Below are positions 17,841-26,400 of a stretch of DNA of 38,541 nt, piece by piece. The translations under genes were made by a program, and so were the position numbers. The stretch's first letter is position 1. Each line of letters begins with the position of its first letter. The notes under the pieces are model-generated. The model made no database searches. It saw only the letters and a program-made list of their open reading frames with translations, and was not told the origin of the DNA. Origin of the DNA: Allosphingosinicella sp. (GTDB taxonomy: Bacteria; Pseudomonadota; Alphaproteobacteria; Sphingomonadales; Sphingomonadaceae); NCBI GenBank assembly GCA_041905385.1, contig JAYRLF010000003.1, positions 1 to 38,541 on the forward strand, read 5' to 3'.

Positions 17841-18703
17841 CCGAGCGCATGCCCATCCTCGCCATGGCTGACGTCACGATCACGCGATCCAATGGCGAGC
17901 CATTGATCCGCAACCTCGACCTCTCGCTCGGCGCAGGCGACATCCTCGCCATCGTCGGTAAGTCGGGAATTGGAAAGTCCTCGGTCCTCAACGTGATCGC
18001 CGGCTTCATCATGCACCGGGAGCGCGGCCGGAGATCGCCGTGGCAATGGTTCGATGGCGACCGGGCCCTGCAATATTCCGGATCGGTCCATGTCGGTGGG
18101 ATCGAGATCGACTCCCTGCCGCCGGAGAAAAGGCGCGCTATCGCGATGGTGATGCAGGGTGGCGTCGTCTACGAGCACCTTTCCGTCCTTCAGAATGTCG
18201 CCTTCCCACTCCGCACGACCGGCAATCGCAACGCGCGCGACCTTCGCGCGCAGGCGGCGCGACTGCTGGCCGAGGTGGAGCTCACGCGCGACGGCGAGAC
18301 GGTGGAGCACATGTTCGAGGACAAGGCCGGTCAATTGTCGGCGGGACAGAGGCAGCGGCTTGCGCTGGCGCGGGCCATGGCCAAGGACCCGGACGTCTAT
18401 CTTCTGGACGAGGCCTTCGCCAATCTCGATCCACTCCTGCGACGGGAATTGTACGAGCGGTTCACGACCCTCATCATCGGCCAGCCTCGCTGCGCCGCCG
18501 TCGTAACGCACGATCTTTCGGACGTCAGCCGCGCGAGCTGCGTCCTCCTGCTCGGTCCTGCCATTGAAGGGTCGGGCCACTGGCTGTACCGAAGAGATGA
18601 CGACAACGCCCTCTTGCTTGAAAAGGGACGGGGCGGTGACTCAGGCTATTGGCAGAAATGGCATGCTGAAATTACCGGCGCGGCCGCGGCTGCTCATTGC
18701 TGA
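17837..18703 (+). CDS. ABC transporter ATP-binding protein
   Basis: Walker A GKSGIGKS, signature LSAGQRQR, Walker B LLDEAFANLD, VTHD. Confidence 0.9.
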   Translation: MTERMPILAMADVTITRSNGEPLIRNLDLSLGAGDILAIVGKSGIGKSSVLNVIAGFIMHRERGRRSPWQWFDGDRALQYSGSVHVGGIEIDSLPPEKRRAIAMVMQGGVVYEHLSVLQNVAFPLRTTGNRNARDLRAQAARLLAEVELTRDGETVEHMFEDKAGQLSAGQRQRLALARAMAKDPDVYLLDEAFANLDPLLRRELYERFTTLIIGQPRCAAVVTHDLSDVSRASCVLLLGPAIEGSGHWLYRRDDDNALLLEKGRGGDSGYWQKWHAEITGAAAAAHC

Positions 18704-19454
18704 TCCGACCGGCGGGGTCGCTCCGGTTCGCGACATTGCACCCGCCTCGGTGCTCCGACGGCTTTACCGGCGCCTGCGCCCCATTCCGCGATCGCCTGTG
18801 CCGCGCTCGGCAGACGTCGCGCACATGCTTCAACTGGTCCCGCAGGAGGCGCTCACCGAGCGTTTCGCATGGGCGTTGGAATTTCTTCAAAGGAAGCTGG
18901 GGACAGATCTCGGCAGCTATCTGGAATTCGGTGTCTACAACGGGAGCTCGATGCTCTGCCTGCTCGAGGCGCTGCGCCTGGCCGGCGACCCGCCGATGCG
19001 TCTCTACGGCTTCGATTCCTTCCAGGGCCTGCCGCCAGCCGCGGTCCATGACGACGGCGGCGTCTGGCAAGCTGGTCAATTCTCCTGCCCGCGACACTTT
19101 GCCGAGAAACGTATCTCGAGCGCACGCAACCATGGCCATCCGGTCGAGCTGATCGAGGGATGGTATGCCGACACATTGTCGCATGGCGACATCTACGGGA
19201 TCGGAAGCGCTTCTCTCGTCATGATCGACTCGGACACCTACAGTTCGGCGCAGCTTGCCCTCGCTTTCTCGGCGGGCCTGCTGACAAATCCGGCGATAAT
19301 CATGTTCGACGATTGGCGGCTGAACGATCTGGATGTGAAATCGCTTGGCGAATATCGCGCTTTCAAGGAATGGGTCGGGCAATATCCGGAAATTCGCGTC
19401 GAGAATGTCCGTTCCTACAACCGCAAGTCGGTCACGCTCATCCTGCGTTCCTGA
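18663..19454 (+). CDS. TylF/MycF/NovP-family O-methyltransferase
   Basis: YLEFGVYNGSS, GFDSFQGLP, LIEGWYADTL, MIDSDTYSS, IMFDDW, GEYRAF. Start uncertain (18663 or about 18825). Confidence 0.85.
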   Translation: MLKLPARPRLLIADPTGGVAPVRDIAPASVLRRLYRRLRPIPRSPVPRSADVAHMLQLVPQEALTERFAWALEFLQRKLGTDLGSYLEFGVYNGSSMLCLLEALRLAGDPPMRLYGFDSFQGLPPAAVHDDGGVWQAGQFSCPRHFAEKRISSARNHGHPVELIEGWYADTLSHGDIYGIGSASLVMIDSDTYSSAQLALAFSAGLLTNPAIIMFDDWRLNDLDVKSLGEYRAFKEWVGQYPEIRVENVRSYNRKSVTLILRS

Positions 19455-19516
19455 CCCGTGGTGCATCTATCGACGAGCGGTCGCGATGTTGGCGGCCGAA
19501 GCAGGAGCACATCAGA

Positions 19517-19660
19517 ATGATGTTGATCGAGCCTGCGAAGGCATTGATGGCCGCCTCCAAGCTTGAGCTGTTTTCGACACTCCTTCTGAGCGCGATAGGC
19601 ACGATGATCATATTCAGGTTGGTCAATTGGTGGGACCGCAGGAGCAGGAAAAAAGACTGA
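19517..19660 (+). CDS. Small single-TM protein (47 aa)
   Basis: CAGGAG RBS; MMLIEPAKALMAASKLELFSTLLLSAIGTMIIFRLVNWWDRRSRKKD, a hydrophobic helix with a basic tail. Confidence 0.5.
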   Translation: MMLIEPAKALMAASKLELFSTLLLSAIGTMIIFRLVNWWDRRSRKKD

Positions 19661-19840
19661 GCTCCGACCAGTCGGCCAAGGCGATAAGGCAGCCGATGAA
19701 GGGCATTTTGAAACTGTCGATCGAATGTCGGCCGACGCAAATTGACGACCGTAACGCACCTCTGAACCCACCGAGCAGTTCAACCGCGGCCAAGTGAGCC
19801 GGGTAAGATCGGTCTGACAATGTTGCTATTCTTGGTCGGC

Positions 19841-20833
19841 TCAGGGCAGCGCCGGGAAATCCCCGCGGCGAAAGCTGTCGACCATCTGGCGCAAGGCAGC
19901 CGGTTCGACGACCTCAACCTTGTCGCCCCAGCTATAGAGATGCCAGCACATTTCGAGCCGGCCACACGCGTCGAACGTGACCGTGATCGAGCCATCCTCA
20001 TTGTCGACAATCTGCTGGTCGGGATGAAACTGGTAGCTGCGCGCGCGCGGCGCCGCTTCAGGCAGGAACCGCCACACGATATGCTCGATCTCCGCGGGAT
20101 TGACGTAGGAGCTGAACCCCGACTTGGCATGGGCGGTGATGTCGAACGCCTCGTCGCCCTCGAAGCAGCTGTCGAGCAATTGCGCCTCGAGCACATCCTC
20201 GACCCGGTAGTGGCGCAGGATCTTGTCCTGCCGCTGCAGATCCCGCGCCACCAGATAGCGCCGCGTCCCCAGCAGCAGGCCGTGCGGCTCGACCTCGCGC
20301 CATCGCGGCGCCTTCTCCTTCACGTTGCGGTACAGGATCCGGACGCGGCGTCGCGCCTTGAGGGCGGTCGCAAGGACCTCGTCGACGCCGGGGTCGGAAC
20401 GCGGCCGCGGACCGGGCCGGGTCGCGAGGCCGAGCGCCTGCAGCAGCGCCTCTTCGTCCACCTCGATCCTGGTCCGCGACGGCGCCGGAATGCTGGCAAG
20501 CACCTTCTGCTCGAGCCCCTTGAGCGTCCGTGCCTCATTGGCGCCGCCGTCATGATCGAGCTTCTCGATGGCCCGCGCGAGCACGGCGAGCTCGTCCGGG
20601 GTCGGCGACAGGAAGGCCATGACCCCGGTCGACGGCAGCGGCCAGCGCGGCCGCCGCTCCTCGTCGACCCAGCGATCGGTCGCCGGGAAGGTCTCGACCA
20701 ACATGGCGGCGACGCGTTGCGCCGTCCGCCGGTCGCAATCGCAGATCTCCTCGATCTCGTCCAAGGTCACGCCGACCCGTCCGGCTGCAGCCAGTGCGAC
20801 CCGCAACAGATTGCCCGCCTTGCGATACGACAT
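19841..20833 (-). CDS. HTH-WYL-WCX transcriptional regulator, DriD-like
   Basis: True start MSYRKAGNLL at 20833 with GGGAGGGG RBS. wHTH VTLDEIEE..DRRTAQR; GPRP; REVEPHGLLLGTRRYLVA; YRVED; YQFHPDQ; EMCWHLYSWGDKVEV. Colinear with Caulobacter DriD as I recall its sequence. Confidence 0.92.
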   Translation of the reverse strand: MSYRKAGNLLRVALAAAGRVGVTLDEIEEICDCDRRTAQRVAAMLVETFPATDRWVDEERRPRWPLPSTGVMAFLSPTPDELAVLARAIEKLDHDGGANEARTLKGLEQKVLASIPAPSRTRIEVDEEALLQALGLATRPGPRPRSDPGVDEVLATALKARRRVRILYRNVKEKAPRWREVEPHGLLLGTRRYLVARDLQRQDKILRHYRVEDVLEAQLLDSCFEGDEAFDITAHAKSGFSSYVNPAEIEHIVWRFLPEAAPRARSYQFHPDQQIVDNEDGSITVTFDACGRLEMCWHLYSWGDKVEVVEPAALRQMVDSFRRGDFPALP

Positions 20834-20878
20834 GATTCGCCCCTCCCGCCGAACTGCCTTACGACATGAATCGGGAGG

Positions 20879-20898
20879 GCGACAGATTCTGACGCCTT
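20879..20898. promoter_or_regulatory. Putative WYL-regulator operator GCGAC-AGATTCT-GACGC
   Basis: Near-perfect palindrome of CGAC-N7-GTCG (DriD-type) geometry in the divergent promoter; a close copy lies at 24308-24325. Confidence 0.65.
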
Positions 20899-20956
20899 GT
20901 CGGTGCAGGATGCGAATCGCCGGCGATCGGGACGGCGCGAACTTGGGGGACTGGAA

Positions 20957-23900
20957 ATGCGACTGGTCGAAGGCACGCTCAGATTGTCCGCTTCGGACCT
21001 GATGCGCTTCAAGGTCTGCCGGCATGCGACCGCGCTCGATCTGCGCAAGGCCGAGATCGGGGACATCATTCCGGGCGCCGACAGCGAGGAGGCCGAACTG
21101 CTCCAGCGTCAGGGCGACGCGCATGAGGCGGCCTATCTCCAGTCGCTGAGGGACAAGGGCCTGACAATCGTCGAGATCCCGAAGGACGCGATCTCGCTCG
21201 AGCAATCCGCCGCCATGACCATCGAGGCGCTGCATAAGGGTGCCGACGTTATCTTTCAGGGCGCGTTCCTTTCGGGCGCCTGGGGCGGCTATTCGGACTT
21301 TCTCGAGCGCGTCGATCGGCCGTCGGCGCTGGGCGACTGGTCCTATGAGGTCATCGACACCAAGCTGAAGCGCTCGCCGGACCCCAAGCACGTCCTCCAG
21401 CTGGCGCTCTATTCCGACCTGCTCGCCGAGATCCAGGGCCGGCCCCCCGACCAGGCCCATCTCCAGCTTGGCGACGGCAGCCGCTATTCGATCCGGCTGC
21501 GCGACGTCGCCGCTTATTGCCGGCACGCGCGCGCGAAGTTCGAGGCCTTTCTCGACGAACGACCCCTGACGCGGCCCGAGCCGGTCTCGGGCTGCGGGCT
21601 CTGCCCGTGGCGCGAACGCTGCCAGGCCGAATGGGAGGCCGCGGACAGCCTGGTCCTCGTCGCCGGGATCAGCCGCAGCCAGCGCGAGAAGATCGAGGCT
21701 GCCGGCATCGCGACCATGACTGCCCTCGGCGCCCATGCGGATCGCGTGCCAAGGCTTGCGCCCGAGACCCAGAGGAAGCTGCAAGTACAGGCGCGCCTCC
21801 AGGCGGCACGCCGCGCCGGCGGCCCGCCAAGCTTCGAGCTTCGCGCCGCCGAGCCGGGCCGCGGCTTCGACCTGCTGCCCGAGCCCGACGATGGCGACGT
21901 CTTCTACGACATCGAGGGCGACCCCTATCATCCCGGCGGGCTCGAATATCTGCACGGTCTCTGGCTGCACGAGGGCGGCGCGTGGACATTCCAGCCTTAT
22001 TGGGCCCATGACCGCGCAGCGGAAGGCGAGGCCGTCGCGCGACTGCTCGGCTTCCTCTCCGCGCGGATGCGCGCCTTCCCGCGCGCCCATATCTATCATT
22101 ACGCAAATTACGAGATCGCCGCGCTCCGGCGCCTGACCGCGGCCCATTCCACCAGCGAGCTGGCGCTGGACCAGCTGCTGCGCGAGCAGAGGTTCGTCGA
22201 CCTGTTCAAGGTCGTCTCCGGGGGCCTCATCGCGTCGGAGGCCGGCTATTCGATCAAGGACCTCGAAGCCTTCTACATGGCCAAGCGCGAGGGCGATGTG
22301 GCGACCGCCGGCGCCAGCGTCGTCGTCTATGAGAAATGGCGGCAAAGCGGCGATCCGGACCTGCTCGGCCAGATCGAGGCTTATAACCGGACCGACTGTA
22401 TCTCGACCCAGCTCCTGCGCGACTGGCTGGTTGCCAAGGCGCGGCCGTCCACTTTGCCCTGGCCGATACTCGGCGAGGACCACCGGCCGACCGGTGCGAC
22501 CCGGCTCAGCGACGAAGAGGCCGAGATGGCGGCGCGCCACGCCCAGTTCGCGCCGGCACGGGCGCGCCTGGGCGACGCCGTCGGCGACCTTCTCTTCCAG
22601 CTCAACTATTTCCACGCGCGCGAGGACAAGCCTTATTATTGGGGCATCTTCGATCGGCTCGCCCAGGAGAGCGAGGCCCTGCTCGACGACCTCGAATGCA
22701 TCGCCGGGCTCGAGGCGATCGGGGCTGCCGTTCCCGACAAGCAGTCGACCGAGCGCCAGTACCGCTTTCCGCCGCAGGAAACCAAGATGCGCGCCGGTCC
22801 GCGCCAGCGGCCCTGCATCAAGCCGGCAGGCAAGCCGGAATCCGTCGGCCTGGTCGCGCTCGACATGGAAGCCTGCATCCTGACCTTGCGCCGCGGAAAG
22901 AAAGCGGGCGAGCTCCCGGACCGGCTCGACCTGCTGCCGTCACAGCCATTGCCGACGACCAAGATCCGCGAGGCGATCATGGCCGTCTCGGATGGGATCA
23001 TTGCCGACAATGGCGCCCACCGGGCGGTCGAACATCTGCTGCTCCGGACGCCGCCGACATTCACCGGAGGGCCGCGCCCGCTCGGCATCGTCGATGCCGA
23101 TGCCGACCTCGTGCTCGAGACGAGCAAGGCGATCGCGGCGATGGACGGGACCGTGCTGCCGATCCAGGGGCCGCCCGGGACGGGCAAGACCTATGTCAGC
23201 GCGTGGTCGATCATGGATCTCGTCCGCGCCGGCAAGCGCGTCGCCGTCGCCTCGCACAGCCACAAGGCAATCGACAATCTGCTCAAGGCCGTCGCCGACC
23301 GCGCAACCGAGCTCGGCGATCAGCCGATGATCGTCCACAAGGGCGGCGAGGAGGATGAAGGAGGCGCCACCAGCCATCCCTTGATCGGCATCATCGACGA
23401 CAATGAGGCGCCCGAGATCGGCATGGCCGACGTGGTCGGCGGCACCGTCTTCCTGTTCGCACGGATCGCCGAGCCGATCTTCGACTATCTGTTCGTCGAC
23501 GAGGCCGGCCAGGTCTCGCTCGCCAATCTGGTCGCCATGTCGCGCATCGCACGCAACATCGTCCTCGTCGGCGATCCGATGCAGCTGCCCCAGCCGACCC
23601 AGGCCAGCCATCCCGGCCAGAGCGGCCAGTCGGCGCTCGAATATCTGATCGGCGATCATCGCGTCGTGCCGGCCGATCGCGGCATCTTCATGCCGGTCAG
23701 CCGCAGGATGCACTGCGGCGTCTGCGGCTTCATCTCGGCCGCGGTCTATGAGGACCAGCTCACCAATGACGCGCTCGCAAGAGGCCAGCGGCTCGACGGT
23801 GCCGACGGCACTTCCCTGCTCGGCGCGCGGCTGAATGCGACCCCCCATGCAGGGCGATCGCAGATCTGCCCGGAAGAGATCGCGGCGATCCAGGCGTTCC

Positions 23901-24292
23901 TCGATATGCTGCTTGGCGCCGCCTATCTCGATCGCAAAGGCCGGACCCGCGCGATCGGCCGCGGCGATATCCTCGTCGTCGCCCCCTACAATGCCCAGGT
24001 CAACGCGCTCCGCTCCGCCTTGCCGGGGGTCCGGGTCGGCACGGTCGACAAGTTCCAGGGACAGGAAGCGCCGATCTGCCTGGTCTCGATGACCACATCG
24101 AGCGCCGAGGAAATGCCGCGCGATCTCGATTTCCTGTTCTCGCTCAATCGCATCAATGTCGCCCTCTCGCGCGCCCAGGCCATGGCGGCGGTGTTCGCGA
24201 GCCCGCTGCTGCTCGAGGTCCCCTGTCGCACGGTCGACGACATGATGCTCGTCAACACGCTGTGCCGCCTCCACGAGCATGGCGGCGGCTGA
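20957..24292 (+). CDS. TM0106-family RecB/Cas4-like nuclease + RNase H-like domain + SF1 (DNA2/NAM7-like) helicase
   Basis: LSASDL..F..CRH, YSDFL..YEVIDTK, QLALY, CGLCPWRERC; FYDIEG/YHYANYE/YNRTDC; GPPGTGKT, DEAGQ, GDPMQL, APYNAQ, GTVDKFQGQE, NRINVALSRA. Confidence 0.92.
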   Translation: MRLVEGTLRLSASDLMRFKVCRHATALDLRKAEIGDIIPGADSEEAELLQRQGDAHEAAYLQSLRDKGLTIVEIPKDAISLEQSAAMTIEALHKGADVIFQGAFLSGAWGGYSDFLERVDRPSALGDWSYEVIDTKLKRSPDPKHVLQLALYSDLLAEIQGRPPDQAHLQLGDGSRYSIRLRDVAAYCRHARAKFEAFLDERPLTRPEPVSGCGLCPWRERCQAEWEAADSLVLVAGISRSQREKIEAAGIATMTALGAHADRVPRLAPETQRKLQVQARLQAARRAGGPPSFELRAAEPGRGFDLLPEPDDGDVFYDIEGDPYHPGGLEYLHGLWLHEGGAWTFQPYWAHDRAAEGEAVARLLGFLSARMRAFPRAHIYHYANYEIAALRRLTAAHSTSELALDQLLREQRFVDLFKVVSGGLIASEAGYSIKDLEAFYMAKREGDVATAGASVVVYEKWRQSGDPDLLGQIEAYNRTDCISTQLLRDWLVAKARPSTLPWPILGEDHRPTGATRLSDEEAEMAARHAQFAPARARLGDAVGDLLFQLNYFHAREDKPYYWGIFDRLAQESEALLDDLECIAGLEAIGAAVPDKQSTERQYRFPPQETKMRAGPRQRPCIKPAGKPESVGLVALDMEACILTLRRGKKAGELPDRLDLLPSQPLPTTKIREAIMAVSDGIIADNGAHRAVEHLLLRTPPTFTGGPRPLGIVDADADLVLETSKAIAAMDGTVLPIQGPPGTGKTYVSAWSIMDLVRAGKRVAVASHSHKAIDNLLKAVADRATELGDQPMIVHKGGEEDEGGATSHPLIGIIDDNEAPEIGMADVVGGTVFLFARIAEPIFDYLFVDEAGQVSLANLVAMSRIARNIVLVGDPMQLPQPTQASHPGQSGQSALEYLIGDHRVVPADRGIFMPVSRRMHCGVCGFISAAVYEDQLTNDALARGQRLDGADGTSLLGARLNATPHAGRSQICPEEIAAIQAFLDMLLGAAYLDRKGRTRAIGRGDILVVAPYNAQVNALRSALPGVRVGTVDKFQGQEAPICLVSMTTSSAEEMPRDLDFLFSLNRINVALSRAQAMAAVFASPLLLEVPCRTVDDMMLVNTLCRLHEHGGG

Positions 24293-24307
24293 GTCCGGCA
24301 CGATCGG

Positions 24308-24325
24308 AAGGCGTCAGCATTTGTC
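24308..24325. promoter_or_regulatory. Second copy of the putative WYL operator
   Basis: AAGGCGTCAGCATTTGTC versus the reverse complement of 20881-20898 (AAGGCGTCAGAATCTGTC): 16/18 identical. Confidence 0.6.
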
Positions 24326-24375
24326 ATCCTCGGGCTGCATCCTCTTCGCATCGAAATCGAATCGAGGAGCCGATC

Positions 24376-24675
24376 ATGAACATCCAATCCGCTGATCGCG
24401 CCGAAAGGCGCTTCATCGTCGACATTGACGGCTGCCTGCGCGCAACCGAATCCCGCTGCCTGACCGCGCGCGACATCGCCGCGCTGCACGGCCGGCTGGC
24501 GGACGACACCTGCTTCGTCTGGGAGCAAAGGGGCGAGTCGATCCTGATCGGCCAATCCGATTGCGTCGAGCTGGACGAAAATAATGTCGCCTTCTTCCGG
24601 ACCTGCCGGCGCGTGCAGACCTTCCGCTCCCCGCTTGCGGCCCGGGACTATGACCGGACGGCGCTCGCAGCCTGA
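24376..24675 (+). CDS. Small protein (99 aa) resembling a multi-ubiquitin (beta-grasp) domain
   Basis: GAGGAG RBS. RFIVDIDG...LTARDIAALHG...FVWEQRGESILIGQSDCVELDENNVAFFRT resembles the Multi_ubiq pattern by eye only. Confidence 0.55.
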   Translation: MNIQSADRAERRFIVDIDGCLRATESRCLTARDIAALHGRLADDTCFVWEQRGESILIGQSDCVELDENNVAFFRTCRRVQTFRSPLAARDYDRTALAA

Positions 24676-24738
24676 TTGAAGGCGACGCAGTCTCGCAGAG
24701 GGACATGGTCCGGACATTTGCGATCCGGCCGCCAGGCG

Positions 24739-24960
24739 TCACCACAAGGCGCGCGAGTCGAGCCATTTCTGTACCTCCCGCATTCGAAAGCGCGGACATC
24801 TGCGATATTTGCTGGTGCCGCTGCCGAGCTCATATTCGCGCGGGAAGCCCGGCGGCCGCCGCTTCCGAAGCCGATCGATCTGGCGCCGCGACAATCGCGC
24901 CAGCCGCGCGAATTCCTCGACGGTCACCATCCCCTCGTCCGCCGGCATCGGCGCGCTCAC
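24739..24960 (-). CDS. AlpA/excisionase-like HTH protein
   Basis: MVTVEEFARLARLSRRQIDRL, GFP, RFRMREVQKWL; coupled to the DUF2274 gene. Confidence 0.75.
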   Translation of the reverse strand: MSAPMPADEGMVTVEEFARLARLSRRQIDRLRKRRPPGFPREYELGSGTSKYRRCPRFRMREVQKWLDSRALW

Positions 24961-25181
24961 GGCGCCGCCCTCGCCTTGCGCATGCGGGCGAATTCCCGGT
25001 CGCTGTCGAGGAAACTGGCGAGCATGAACGGAATCAGGTCGACGATCGCCTCGGCCTGGCCATAGGCCGCCTCATAGGCGGAAGCATAGTCGTCGAGCGC
25101 GCGTTTCAGATCGGGCGATACGCTGATCGCCAGTCTGACCGCATTGCGGTCGGGCAGCCGGCCCAGCCTGAGCTCAGCCAT
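24957..25181 (-). CDS. DUF2274-family protein
   Basis: LRLGRLPDR...L.DYA..Y...YG....DLIPFMLASFLDSDREF; usual position after trbI. Confidence 0.9.
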   Translation of the reverse strand: MAELRLGRLPDRNAVRLAISVSPDLKRALDDYASAYEAAYGQAEAIVDLIPFMLASFLDSDREFARMRKARAAP

Positions 25182-26400
25182 TGGCGCCGCCCGCCGGCCG
25201 CAACACGATGTCCTTGTGAACCACCACCCGCAACGGCCAGCCCGGGCGGATCCTCAGGGTCGGCTGGATCTCGAGGCTGCGCCCGACCAGCTGTTCTCCT
25301 GCCCTGGCGCCCCCGCGCTGCGCGGATTCGCGGATCGCCTCGACCAGGTCGCTCTCGCCGCTGGCGAAGCTGAGCTCGCTGCCGACGCCGAGCAAGGTCG
25401 ACAGCGCGACGCCCCTGAGCAACTGCCAGCCGTGCCGGTCGATCCGGTCCGACAGGCCGGCATGACCGGCCAGATCCGTCGCGGGAAGATTGTCGATGCG
25501 GATCGAGGATCCGTCCGGCATCAGGATCCGCTGCCACACGACAAGCGCGCGGCTCTGCCCGAACGCGACCACCGAATCATAGCTGCCGACCAGCCTGGCC
25601 CCTTGCGGAACCAGCAGGATCCGCCCGGTCGCGCTGTCATGGACATTCTCGGTCACCTGGGCCGTGACGAAGCCGGGCAGGTCCGAATTCAGCCCAGTGA
25701 TCAGGCTCGCCGCGATGATGCTGCCGGCTCGAAGCGTGTAAGGTGAGACAGCGGCGACCAGACGGTGCGGGCTGACCTCGTCATCATCATTGGCGCGGCC
25801 GACCAGCCGTTCGCGACGCGTCGGCGCCGCTTCCTGGATGGCAGCACCCGGGATCGCGGCACGATCCGCGCCCGGGCCGGGCGCGGTTGCCGGCAAGGGC
25901 GCGGCGGCGGCGGCGCCAGCGAGCTGCATCATCACTGCGGACTGGCGGGCCGACTGCTGCTCGGCCAGCAGGCGCTGCCGCTCCGCCTCGGCCGCCTGGG
26001 CCGCGCGCTCGGCCGCCGCCGCGCGCGCATCCGGCGGCGCCTGCTCGGGGATCGCGATGCCGGTTTCGCGCTGGCGCTGGAGGATCGGGCGGCCGAGGTC
26101 GCCGGGGAGCGGCGGACCGAGCTGCGGCACGTCGCCATAGGAGCGGGGCGCGCCGGCCAGCGCCTCCGGCGGCGCGCCCGCCGCGACCTTCAATCGGTCC
26201 TCCTCGCTCGTGACCAGGCTCAATGTGGCGGGGCGCAGCGCCAGCCAGGCGACCGCGACCAGGGCGGTGGAGCCGGCCGCGGCGATGGCGATGATCGCGC
26301 CGCGCCGGAACCGGGTCACCCGCCCCGGGCTGCCGCGCAGGACCAGCGTCTCCGGATCGACCTTGCCGGACGGAGGCGGCGGAGCGGCCGGCTCGGTCAT
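25174..26400 (-). CDS. trbI: Conjugal transfer protein TrbI (VirB10)
   Basis: AGSIIAASLITGLNSDLPG, QVTENVHDS, VPQGARLVG, IQPTLRIRPG. Confidence 0.95.
   Translation of the reverse strand: MTEPAAPPPPSGKVDPETLVLRGSPGRVTRFRRGAIIAIAAAGSTALVAVAWLALRPATLSLVTSEEDRLKVAAGAPPEALAGAPRSYGDVPQLGPPLPGDLGRPILQRQRETGIAIPEQAPPDARAAAAERAAQAAEAERQRLLAEQQSARQSAVMMQLAGAAAAAPLPATAPGPGADRAAIPGAAIQEAAPTRRERLVGRANDDDEVSPHRLVAAVSPYTLRAGSIIAASLITGLNSDLPGFVTAQVTENVHDSATGRILLVPQGARLVGSYDSVVAFGQSRALVVWQRILMPDGSSIRIDNLPATDLAGHAGLSDRIDRHGWQLLRGVALSTLLGVGSELSFASGESDLVEAIRESAQRGGARAGEQLVGRSLEIQPTLRIRPGWPLRVVVHKDIVLRPAGGANG

Noticed and set aside
19733-19747. Third operator-like CGAC-N7-GACG downstream of the WYL gene
   Set aside because: Only the 4-bp half-sites match, the flanks differ and there is no clear target gene; likely chance in GC-rich DNA.
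20957-21650. Cas4 / CRISPR adaptation gene
   Set aside because: The Cas4-like motifs are the N-terminal domain of the TM0106-type fusion; there is no cas1, cas2 or array.
20834-22615. N-terminal ~590 aa of the 924-aa ORF, suggesting a giant WYL fusion
   Set aside because: It is antisense to the nuclease-helicase. The real WYL protein starts at 20833 with its own RBS and has a typical length of 330 aa.
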